Shown piece by piece: positions 24,835 to 36,100 of a stretch of 64,000 bases of DNA. The DNA is from Monocercomonoides exilis PA203. Its lineage: Eukaryota; Protista; Preaxostyla. The stretch lies in assembly GCA_001643675.2 (NCBI GenBank), contig LSRY02000002.1, positions 1,488,001 through 1,552,000 on the forward strand. Reading direction: 5' to 3'. Made by a program: the position numbers and the translations under genes. The notes under the pieces are model-generated. The model was not told where the DNA came from, did no database searches, and was given only the letters and a program-made list of their open reading frames with translations. The number at the start of each line of letters is the position of its first letter. Within the stretch, counting starts at the first letter, position 1.

Positions 24835-25589
24835 AATTAGTTTTTATTTTCTTTACAATTTTCAATTTTATATTTGTTTTGGGCTTTTGGTAATCACAAA
24901 TGCTAAAGAGTGATATCATAAATTTTGCAAATGTTAAAATTTATGATCATTGTTTTGGATCGTAGAATTTGTTTATAATTTTTATTCAATATTTTTCTTG
25001 AATGTGTTTTTTGAAATTTTTTGATAAAAAATTTCAGTGCAGCTGATAATTCGACAAATCTTAATTTATCGATGACCAACAGTTAAATTTTCGCTGTTGG
25101 AATGCATTTTCTTTTTCGACTGATTAGAGCATTATATTATTTGCCTTATTCATTTGATAACTTTTTTATTTTATTTTATTTTTTGAAATAATGGCTTGAT
25201 TATTGGATGGGCCATTTAGCCAGAATCTGATTTCTTGTATCTGTTATTTAACACAGAAAGAACAGACGTCTTTCTACCAGAGTTTAAGGATTTGCTTTTC
25301 GAGAAACTCACATATATTATCTGAAAAAATACTTTATTCTATCCTTTTTTTCAACGAGTGATTGGTTATTTTGCAATTTTTTATTCAATTAAAGTGAATG
25401 ACTTTTGACGAGTCATTTCAAAAAGCCAATAAATTGGATCTTTTATCAGCAATCTATTTCATTGTGTCTTTTATTTATTGCAAGGAACATTCTCCTAAAA
25501 ACATATTTGAGAATTCAATCAGATAAATATGAAACTTCAAATGAAGGTAAAAAATGGGTTTTGATTGATTCTTTTTGCAATTTGCTTTG

Positions 25590-28500
25590 ATGGGGATAAA
25601 TACGATATTAGAAAAAATTCGCGGTTTTGACGCACGTCAAAAGCATTCAGAGTTATTCACTGTTGTATTCGCTTTAAAAAAATTGGGGACTCAAGTTTCA
25701 TTATCTCATGAAGACTTTTGCGCATTATTTGCCGATTTTCCTCTCCCCCTTGCAGAGCAAGAAATAAATGAACTTTTTCAAGCGAAGCAATTCGATGGAT
25801 TTGTATCAGTCGAAGATTTATTAAAAGAGATTTTGGTCTGACTTTTAACAGATTTTCATCTTATTTTTAATTTGATGATTAAAGATTCCTTTAAATGTTG
25901 CAAGAAATGATATTACAAAACAGGCTTTTGATAGGATGAGCGGAAGCAAAGATTGTGCACCTCTGACTGAAATAACTGAACTTTTTAAACCACAGGAGAG
26001 TATTTTGGTAAAATCTCGAAAAATATCCAAAGAAGAACTTGAACTTCGCTTTCGCGAAACGTTCTGTCCACCACTTGTTGGATGTGAAATTGAAGGCAAT
26101 GTTACATATAATGAATTTCAATTTTATAACACAATTCTTTCAACAACCATGAAAGAAGATCATTTTTATACAACGGAAATTTGGAATGTTTGGAACATGT
26201 CAGGACTAGGAAAATCCCGCCCGTCGACAGCTCGTCCTCGAGCTGCTGCGCAAAATGAAGATCCTCTTTCAATGACTCGCTCATCTTTAACACCAAGGAA
26301 ATCAACTTTTAATTCTATCTTCGGAGAAGCTTCAAATGAAACCCCAACTCAAAGCTCTTCACGAAAAGTACAATCTCCTACTGCATCTTATAAAGCAGTT
26401 GATCAGCTTTTGGATATCTCGGATTCTCCAAGCAAATCGATGGTAACAACTCCATTCAGATCCTCTCAAGCACCACCCTCTGTTCCTTTTAATGTTGTGA
26501 AGGAACGGATAATTAACTGCTTCAGCAAAAGCAAGCCGTTGCACGTGTTCGAATTTGTTAGCAATCTGGTGCGCTGTGCAACACCTCGTCCAATTGACGA
26601 ATCCTTGCAATACCAAAGTGAACGTAGTTATGGTAAAAAACATTCATATTCTGCTTTGCGAGCTACAACAACAGCCCCTGGAAGACTAAATTTGTCCGCG
26701 CTGGGCGAAGCTCTGGGCAGCTTCCCACTCAATCTGAGCATCCGCGAAGCAAATGCAGTGTTTGAAGAGTTAAGCAAAGGAGAAACTGAAGAATGCAATA
26801 AAAACAGTATCTCTGTTGGATCATTCGTAAAGCTGTTTCTGCCGAGTTGGTTTGACATTGTGAAGGGAAGCAACGATAGCGCCGAGTATGAGCAGCCAAA
26901 ATTGAGAGTATCTGTGAGATTCGAAGCGGTCACAATCGCTTGGAACGCAATTGTACAGCGATATGCTCAGAACACATGCTTCTCTTCATTCGTCGCTCCG
27001 TCTTCCTTCTCGATGGAGCAGGCTATTGAGCATCCTTTCCTGTGCCGTGTGCCACTCTCAGCTGTGCGTGAGGCGTATTGTGCCTGGGGCCACCCTCTTT
27101 CTCGCACCGGAACGTGGACTGAAATGGAAATCCTGCGCGAATTCCTGTCGTTGTGCTCAGTCCGCAACATGTTCTCTGAGGACGATCGGATGTACGAGTG
27201 CAAAGGAAAAGGAGACTGCTGCTTTGCAGCTGGAAGCGAAGTTGTGCTGGCTGAAGAAAAAGCGAGGCAGGAAGGGAGAAGTGTGTCTCCAAACGAGACG
27301 CGCTTCAACCCATTCCGCACAATCACTGTTGGATTTCCCGAGTTTGCGCAGTTCTACGCGATCGTTTCTCGCACTGTGGAGAAGGACTCGTTGTTTGTGT
27401 CGTCGCTGACGCAGTGCTTCCGCTGCTGTGCGCTGGACTTGCGGCAGCAGGGCATCAATGTTCAAGAGGCTGTTGAGGAGGATGTGTTTGAGAACAGAGA
27501 CATGATGGAAGCCGTGTTTGGGAACCTGATGCCGATTGATGTCTATTGGGAGAGCTTGAAGGAGCGGGCACAGAGAAAAGGGCTGGCCGATGGAGAGGAA
27601 AGGAGCGGGACATTTGGATGGGAGTCGAGCAGAAGATATCAGGAAAAAGCAGAAAAAACGATAAAGAAAAGGAATTTTGATGATTTTGAGAGAGAACTGA
27701 TTGAAAGTGACAAAGAAAGAAAAGAGGAATTTGCAAGGAATGAGAAAGAAAATGCACTAAAGGCTGAGAAGGAACGCGAAGAAGCGAAATTGAGAGAGAA
27801 AACGAATGATGAATCGCTTGATTCGCCTTTTGGCTATTCAAATACAATTTCATCATCATCATCTTCTTCTTCTTCTTCTCCATTTAGATCCCGCCATCCA
27901 ACAACCGCACCGGTATCATCAGCCGCAGCTTATCCTTCTTCCACCCAAAAGCCGTATGCATCGCACACAGACTCAGACATCTTCAATTCGTCTGTGTCTG
28001 TGAATGTCCCGCTTGTCATTCGGCGTCTGAGAGAGCAGCTTGTGAAGACGTCTGCTTCGTCGGGAAGAGCATCAGCAGGTGGAGGTAGCGTCTATGGGGC
28101 AGGACGTGTTGGGCTGAATGCAACGACACGAAGCGGAGCAAGTTTGATAGGCGGCGGCAGCGGAAGCGGAAGCGGGTCTGGAAGAGACGGAGGCAGGGCA
28201 GGGGCGAAAGGGTTTGTGGGGCTGTATCGTGCGATGAGGATGAAAGATCCGAAGGGAACGATGCTGATTGAGGAGGAAGACTTTGGATGGAGCATTAGAG
28301 ACATCTGCAGCAACACGTTTTCGAAGGAGGAGATTGCAGCGCTGTTTGACTATCTCGACAGATCTGGCGGTTATATTGATGAAAGCGGTGTGGGATGAAT
28401 TATCTTTATGCTTTTCTCTTTCTTTCTTTCTTTCTTTCTCTCTTTCTCTCTTTCTTTCACTTTCACTTTCTCTTCTTTTTTAATTTTTCTATTATATTTT

Positions 28501-29080
28501 GAATTAATGAATGTAATTATTTCTTCTTTGGAATAAATGTGTCCTTCATTATCCTTTCTTTTTTTCTTTCTTTCATACCAGACGAAGTGCAAAAGAAGCC
28601 AGCAATTGGAAAAGTGAACTATGCCGTGCTTCTGTCAGAGCTAGCTCCGCCGATGGAGAATTCGCGCAAGTCAGTTGTGAAGAATGTGTTCCAGGCGATT
28701 GACAGCGACGGCGACGGTGTTGTGGCAGCAGAAGAGCTGAAGCGCTGCTTCACAGCCTCGTCTTTGGACTCCCGTGTGGCGCGCGGGGAGAGCAGCGGTG
28801 CTGACAATTGGAGGGAGTTCATCTCGAACTTCGACTTTGCCACTTCAGATAAAGAGAATGCGGGTGATATCTTGATCAACTGGGATCAGTTTGAGTGGTA
28901 TTATCGCCTTATCAGCGCAGGAATTGAAGATGATTCGCATTTTCAACTGCTTTTGTATGTTTTTTTTTTTAAAATTCTGATTTTATATGCATTTGTCTTG
29001 AATTTTTTTTAAAAAATATTTATTTTTTTCAATTTTATAGGTGGAGCTCATGGAGAACCCCTCGTGTTCATAGATCATAA
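25590..29080 (+). CDS. Calcyphosin-like multi-EF-hand protein, ~1053 aa; exons 25590-25835, 25885-28387, 28582-28954, 29041-29080
   Basis: Canonical EF loop DSDGDGVVAAEE. Calcyphosin-type signatures (GAKGFVGLYRAMR..D; RKSVVKNVFQAID; FEWYYRLISAGIEDDSHFQLLL/WSSW) are repeated near the N-terminus (EFQFYNTILSTTMKEDHFY..IWNVW). All three introns are phase-consistent. Confidence 0.8.
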
Positions 29081-29364
29081 ATTGTAACCAATCTACTGAT
29101 GTTCGTTACAAAAATAACTTTTTTCCAAATAAAAAGTTTTCAATGGTGCAATTGAATTGATTAAATTAATTTAATTGATGCATTACACTTTTAAGTATAG
29201 AGCATTTTAATTTAATAATATTTCATTCAACATAAAATCATGGTAATATATTTTTTATTACATATTTTATAGAATCAAAAAGAAAAGTCTTGTGATATAA
29301 AAAACATTTGAAAATATTCTGCCAAATAAATAAAAATTGGATCAAATTTTTCCCATAAGTAATC

Positions 29365-30837
29365 ATGCTTTTTCTTGGGGATGATTCATCCCCCAAGAGC
29401 GAGATACAATATGAACTTCTTTTGAAGTGCATTCGTATGAAATATTAAATTTATTTTTTATTCTTATTTTTGTGGATTTTTAAAAGCCATTTATGGTGAT
29501 CAAACGGTTGGACCATATGTTTTGCTGATTGGTTCCTTTATAGGGTTACTTTTATCGTGTTTTCTTCTCATTGCAGAATGTCAAAAATCATGCGAAAAGC
29601 AAAATTGTTTTCAAATTTGGATGCTCATCTGCCATTTAACTTGTTCAGCTCTTTTTGTATTTAACATGATAGTTCCACTTCCTTATTTGAAAATCTCGGG
29701 AGCAATTTTATGTGGAAACTTATTCGATTCTTTTTATCATATTGCTTGGGGTCTGCTTGTAATGATGGTTTGGAAAGTTGTTGTTGCACCTCATCTCCAG
29801 AAACAAAGAGCGACATTAGTCAAATTTATAAGTGTTTTACTTTGGATATTGTGGATAGTTTTAAACATAATTATGCTAATAGGATCCATACTGGAGCCAT
29901 TTGACGCAGATCGTTTCATTACACTTTCATTAATTAGTTTCGTTTTGATAGATACGTTTTATGCAGTTTCCGCTGTGTTAATATTTTGTGCTATGTTTAA
30001 CATCATGCGAAAGACAATACCTAGAATGAAATTTGTACCGGGAATTGAAAGTTTTCGTCGAAGTCTTATTGTTTTCTCTTTGATGATGGGATTAATGACT
30101 TTATTGATGATAACTAATATGATTATGCATATCTGTTTGTTTAAAGTTGAGGATTTTATATCAAAACCAGAAGAAAAAGAAAAATGCATCCCGGCTAACA
30201 GAAACAACAAATCTACATGGTATGTTTTATCTTCAAACTTAGTGTGATATTGAAGAATTCATTCTTTCCATTTTTCTTATTTTTAATTTGACGATATAGT
30301 GCTGCTGTGTTAAACCGAAAATCAGCTTTTCGCTTTGTTACTACTGTTTTGCCTATGTTAGTGTTCCTTGTATCCTTCTTTATCATCTATATAACGCAGT
30401 CATCAAAAAAGAAGCGGCCCCGTTCGTCGGCAGCAAGTAACTCATCCAAATCTGGTTCATCTTCATCACGTTCTTTGCAGAAAACAATTCCTAACTCTTC
30501 GCAAAATTCGATGCATCGAACGAGAATACAAAGCATGCAAGATGAACCCATGCTTCTGGGACTACAAGAAGGCAATGGAGATCTTTCACAATCATTACAC
30601 AACCCTTCACTTTATTTCACGGGACAATCTTTATCTTCTTCTTCTTCCAATGATCTGTATCGATCTTTATCTTTTGAATCAGATTTGCCTCATAATCCCA
30701 TTTCGGAAGCCGACCAAACTATCTCTGATTCTACAAAAACTACTCAGCGAGGTTCTCTCGATTTGTCTTTTCTTGAATCTGGAAAAACTACTGTTAAGAA
30801 GAAGAAGAAGAAGAAGAAGAAAAACACTTCACTTTGA
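29365..30837 (+). CDS. Seven-transmembrane (GPCR-like topology) protein, ~446 aa; exons 29365-29434, 29487-30219, 30300-30837
   Basis: Seven hydrophobic segments after splicing (gtatga..aaag; gtatgt..atag) and a Ser-rich cytosolic tail ending KKKKKKKKNTSL. Confidence 0.7.
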
Positions 30838-31203
30838 GCACTTTTAATTTTTCTTTTGCGTATTTATTTTACACCTTTAAAATTTTAACTCTTTATTAGG
30901 TTGAGATTATTTTTGTTTTATTGTTTCCTTTTTTTTAAATTTTAATCTGTACTTTCGTTAATGCTTATTGTTTTGAATGAATTAGAGCCGTTTAAGTTTG
31001 ATATTTCCTTTTTTGAGTTGTGTATATTTAATAATTTTCTTTTCAATTTATCATTCAATATAAAGTTTTCTGATCCGCAATAACTGCAATTAATTTGTAA
31101 AAGCTTTATTTTTCAAAATACCAGAGAGAAGCGCAATTTTTGTATCAATAGAGAATTGAACAATTATTTTTCTTTTGCTTTAGGTTGATAATTTTGAAAA
31201 TGT

Positions 31204-32718
31204 GGCATAATCCGAATATATCGGTATGCCCAGATTTCTCTGAAAATTTACTGAATATAATAATACATGCTGTACATAAGTAATATGAGTATGATAAATT
31301 GCGGAAACGTGTTTTTAAGAAAAATTTTGATAAAAAAATTTTTTTTGATCAAAAATAAATATTTTCGAATTTTCATTAAAAAAGTGACTGATTTGTTTTA
31401 AAAAAGCTTCGAAAATATAAAAAAAACATATTTAAATGATATTATTCAAATAAGAATAATATTTAAGGCTCATATTCAGAGGCACTAGCTCCATCTCCTG
31501 CTCCGAAATCTTCATCAGACTCAACATCGCTATCTTCATTGACAACATCATCCATGTCTGGAATCTCCTCATCTTCATCAATGATTTCTTCTTTTTCTTC
31601 TTCTTCTTCTACTTGAACAGGTTCAATTTCCTTTTTAAAGCATAGATATTTTATTAATTGAATGAACGTTAAATTGAATGTTGATTTCACCAAAAACAGT
31701 GAAAGATAATCATGCATAAGTCTGATCCTTGTTCCAAATCGAGGGAAAGTGCATCGCAAATGTTGCCATAACCCTTCAATCGTATTTGTATACGCACCAG
31801 TTTCTGGGTCTCTGAAACGTCTTTTGTGGCACACAGTTTGATGCTTATATCCAACTGTTTCTAGTGAAGAATAAGCACGCCATTCATCGGAAATAATTAA
31901 TGTTCCAGCTTTTATGTGTTTCTGGATAATTGGAATCAAAGTTTCCTTTTTTCTGTAAGGAACAACAACCATTAACCGTTTCCCAGCTCGACCACACTCC
32001 AATCTTTCCACCCCTCCGAAAATCCATTCTTGCTTTTTCTTTCTTCCTCTCCTGTACTTCTGTTTTCGCCAAATTGCTTCATCAATTTCAACTGTTGTTC
32101 CCTCGCCTCCAATCACTTGCTGTCTTTCGTTCCACATTTGTGAGCAAGCGCACAGAATCACACTTCCCCAGCATCCGACTGTGTCCTTATCAACAGAAAG
32201 AAGCAAAGAAATTGTTTTATTTTGAATCCCTAACCAGTAATATAAACAAATCAGAAGAGTTACGCCTTGTCCAATCTTTATTCTGCTAAAAGATGTTCCT
32301 GAAAGAATGCTTTTCTTGATCTTGCATTTTTGACAAGCGTAATAGTGATAATTCTTATCATGATATATTCGTTGATAGCATCTATGAACTCTGCACATTG
32401 GGAGGTTCATGGCTATTATTTCTCTTTTAAACGATTCCCATGTGCTTGTTTCGTCGTAGAAGAGTTTGTTCAGCGAAGAAATGGTTTCCTCATCATGAAG
32501 ATCTCGTTCACGTGCCATGAGATCAAAAAAAATGCGAACCCTTTATACAAATAATTTTCTTTATTATTATGGGTGAAAATATTTTTCTTCAAAATTTCAT
32601 TCAAATAAAAAAATTTCCGCAGATTTTTATTTGCATATTCTTTTATAATAATATATAACAAATCGAAATATAATGATTTAAATCAGTTTTGGTTGTGCCG
32701 ATATAATCGGATCATGCC
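31204..32718 (-). mobile_element. Merlin-superfamily (IS1595/ISXO2-like) DNA transposon, full length, 1515 bp
   Basis: TIRs GGCATAATCCGAATATATCGGTA and GGCATGATCCGATTATATCGGCA. Perfect 8-bp TSD GAAAATGT at 31196-31203 and 32719-32726. Internal transposase ORF. Confidence 0.95.
31463..32518 (-). CDS. Merlin/IS1595-family DDE transposase, 351 aa
   Basis: IGGEGTTVEIDE, KYRRGR, WIFGGVER, IISDEWRAY, HQTVCH, TNTIEGLW. N-terminal Cys zinc ribbon and HTH-like region, acidic tail, no introns. Confidence 0.95.
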   Translation of the reverse strand: MARERDLHDEETISSLNKLFYDETSTWESFKREIIAMNLPMCRVHRCYQRIYHDKNYHYYACQKCKIKKSILSGTSFSRIKIGQGVTLLICLYYWLGIQNKTISLLLSVDKDTVGCWGSVILCACSQMWNERQQVIGGEGTTVEIDEAIWRKQKYRRGRKKKQEWIFGGVERLECGRAGKRLMVVVPYRKKETLIPIIQKHIKAGTLIISDEWRAYSSLETVGYKHQTVCHKRRFRDPETGAYTNTIEGLWQHLRCTFPRFGTRIRLMHDYLSLFLVKSTFNLTFIQLIKYLCFKKEIEPVQVEEEEEKEEIIDEDEEIPDMDDVVNEDSDVESDEDFGAGDGASASEYEP

Positions 32719-32796
32719 GAAAATGTTGTTTTATTTATGCAGCATTTTCATTTCACCAAAAACAAATAGAAAAATAAAAGTTTCAAGTTTATGTTT

Positions 32797-32846
<50 letters not shown>
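32797..32846 (+). repeat. (TTTC)n microsatellite
   Basis: About 12 tandem TTTC units in intergenic DNA. Confidence 0.9.
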
Positions 32847-32848
<2 letters not shown>

Positions 32849-33167
32849 TTTGTGACTGATAGAGGGAAAAAATGCATGTTATGTTGTTCAGGTCTCCAAG
32901 CGATTTCGAAAATTTCTTTTTTGTTAAATAAAGCAGCATAATTCTATTAATGAAAAAACAAATCGTTGCTAAAAAAAGTGTTTTCCGTTTTTTCTTAATA
33001 GTAAGCCTTTCACTCTCATTCAAAATAATATAAATACGTTAAAGAAAATTGAGAAAAATATCAGAAAAAAACTTCGAAACAACATTCATAAAGCAAAAAA
33101 TTTCTTGAAAAATTTAAGGGTTAAAATTTGTTTGATAAATTGAATTTTTGAGCATTATATTTGATGA

Positions 33168-36100
33168 ATGACAAATATAATCCATTATTGCATTGAAGGA
33201 AATGATAAATTCAAGCCATTCGAATTTTCAGAGTTTTTGATAAGCGTGCACAAGTTGAAAGATCAAATCGCAATAAAAGAAAAATACACCTTCGACGGCA
33301 GTCATTTGCGCATCGTAGACGCAAATTCGGGAGAAGGTAAGTACAAATTATGAAATTATTTTGCGATGAAATAGCTTTTCATTTGTTTTAAAAAATTAAG
33401 AATTGAGAATTTTTTGATTAAGATTGGTTTTGTTGCATTTTTACGGATTGTCCATTTTCATAAATGTTAACACCAATATCTTTTTTTTTTCATTTTCCTC
33501 CATTTATGTATTTTTATTTTTTATTTGGAACGATGCATGCGAAATGGGAATATTCAGAATACAAAGACGATAGATTGCTAGCACACGGCACTCAAGTAAT
33601 TGTTTCACGTAAGGCATCAGAAAATTCACGATCATTGCCTGTTGACGCAAGGTTATTTGCTTTCTTCCTGTTATTCACACTCGAATTCGCATTTTTTCTT
33701 TTTCTTTCTCTTTTTTGTTTCTTTCCTTCCTTGTTTCAATTGTTTTTCTTTTTTCGATTAAAATGTCATGCGTCATTTTGTATTTCACGGGGAAATTCTT
33801 GAAAACACGCAACTGATGATCACAGAAAGACGGATTCAAAATCCCAATCCACATCTCTGGTGTGCATTTGATTTTTTTTCCAAGCTTTTTGGATTTCATA
33901 CATACATACATATATTCTCTTGTATTTTGCGCATTTCCCTTCTCTTTTCCTTTATTCTGCTGAAAATACTTTGGAATTGTGATCGAAAGGGTTGCACCGA
34001 ACAGGCTCAGATGGAACATTTACAAATCAAGGAATCAGATACAGAACAACACGAATCCAAAAGTTCATTCAGGATCTTTCCTTTTTTCAGTCAGAAGACA
34101 ACGGCAAAACATAGACACGAGGAAATTAATCCTTTGCTTCTCAAAGCAAGCATTGGGACATCGTATATCTCACTTTTTCCACTGTTGAATGATGTGACTG
34201 AAGAAAACAGAGCAACAGCAATTCAAAAAATGGATTTAATTCTTGGAGATTTGCAAATGCTGATAGAGGAGACAGAATCAATGATGCCTTTCTTGCAAGT
34301 GAATACCTTGGTTGGAGAAGTATTGCAACAGATGAAGAGTGGGATGAACGGATATGCATCTCAGATGTGTTCTGATTTGGGCCTGGAAAGCTGGAGGTTG
34401 CGGTTTGTGTTGAGTGGAGGGCTGAGTGCGCTGTTGTCGCTTTTAATGGAATCTCCACTGTTTCAAAACGAGATCTATTTGCAGCCCATTCCTCCATCAA
34501 CATTGGGAACAGTTGTTCGAGTTGTCTCTGCATTCATTTTGGATGCACGGGCAACCTTAACATTAGGCTCACAATCATCTGGATCTGATTCGCTCGAATC
34601 GTCAGATGCTCTTCCACTGCTTCGGCTGTTCAATAACACATTAGAATATTCTTTTTTGCATGTGCCGATTGTTGTGCAAACAATCAATGCAACTCTTTCA
34701 GAGGACAAGACGCATTATGTTCCATTGCCACCAGTTATGTTGGAACCAGGAAAAGGTCAGCGAGTATTTTTAATCTTGCGACTGATGCAGCTATTTGTGT
34801 ATTTTACAAACGATATTGCAGTCGAGCTTCCACTTTTGCGCTTATCGTTCACAACAAGTCCATGTATCGATTCTCCGCTTGTTCAGTTGCATTCTTATCT
34901 GACACCTACAAACATTTCGTCATTTGCATTAACTGCAACAATTGAAGTGCACCCACACTCCTCGCACCACTGCAGGATGCTGGATTACTTCTTGTATGTT
35001 CCCGAAGAGTTGATGGATAAGTATGTTTCAAACACAGAGGAGTTTGAAGAAATTGTGCAGCGTCATCTCGATCACATTTCAGCAGTACCTGTTTCGTCGT
35101 CTGCATCCAGCAACGAACAATACCCACAACGAGCAATATTCTCGTTCTTGGACGCAATGCAAATTATAAACACATACACTCCCACAAAGAGATTACCAGG
35201 AGTGGAAGGCAGCTATTCCGCTGCGTCTATCGAAGATAAGGCACGGCATGAGATTCTGTGCACGCTGTTTGCCATTTTGTGTGCAACCATGCAAGCATAT
35301 CCTGAAGAATTGGCACAATATTTTGTTTCATCGTCATTCGAGCCATTTCTCCTTGTGTTCCTTTTCGCGCTCAGCCATTGCGAAGAGACAATACGTCCCT
35401 TGTCGATCGAGCAGCTGGAGTCAACATTTCTGCAAATTCCCTGTTCGAGCATGTTGCTTGAAGAAAGTGCAATTGTGCAGCTGATATCATCAATTTTGGA
35501 TGGGAGCTCAGCACTTGCTTCGTTTGCACTTGGAACTGCAACACTGCTGCACATTCAACAATTTGCGGTGTTTCTGGGGAATATGCTTGCTCGATTGATG
35601 GAAAAACTTCAATTATGTCAAACATCGCTGACGATGAAGACAGCAATGCCATCTGGAGGATTATCTTTGCAACGTTTAATGACAACTTTTGCGCTTCTTA
35701 TCCGGACACATCACAAATACCATTACATCCTTCCTCCAGAATTATATTTCCCTTCTTTTACATCTCCAAATTCTGAAGTGCGCCCATCTTGCTTATCATA
35801 TGCTCAATATCTTCATTTGAATCGATCAAACAAAATATCAGATGGAAATACACTTCCATTACTTCCGCTTTTGGCATTTATGAACACCACGTTTGTCTTC
35901 ATGGAGAAAAAGTCACAGCAAGCAGATGGAGTCGTTGCAGAAGAATTACAAAAGAAAGAGATTTTACTGAAAGAATATTTTGGATATGTTTCTGTTGGAA
36001 AGAAAACTGGACACAGACTTATTCCATTCCTGTGGGAAAAAACACTGTTTTATGGCCTTTCAAATGAAGACGCGCAATCCAGCCAGACAGAAAGCCACGC

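Noticed and set aside
24905-24955. Possible SECIS for the TGA at 22321 (selenocysteine)
   Set aside because: A stem-loop exists, but the 3' GA of the non-Watson-Crick quartet is not correctly placed, and the TGA aligns to Asp/Ser in the paralogous modules, not to Cys.
33768-34004. ORF-track N-terminus of the 3196-aa protein (MRHFVFHG...)
   Set aside because: This is T-rich intronic sequence. The DWNN exons plus the micro-exon give a better phase-consistent model.
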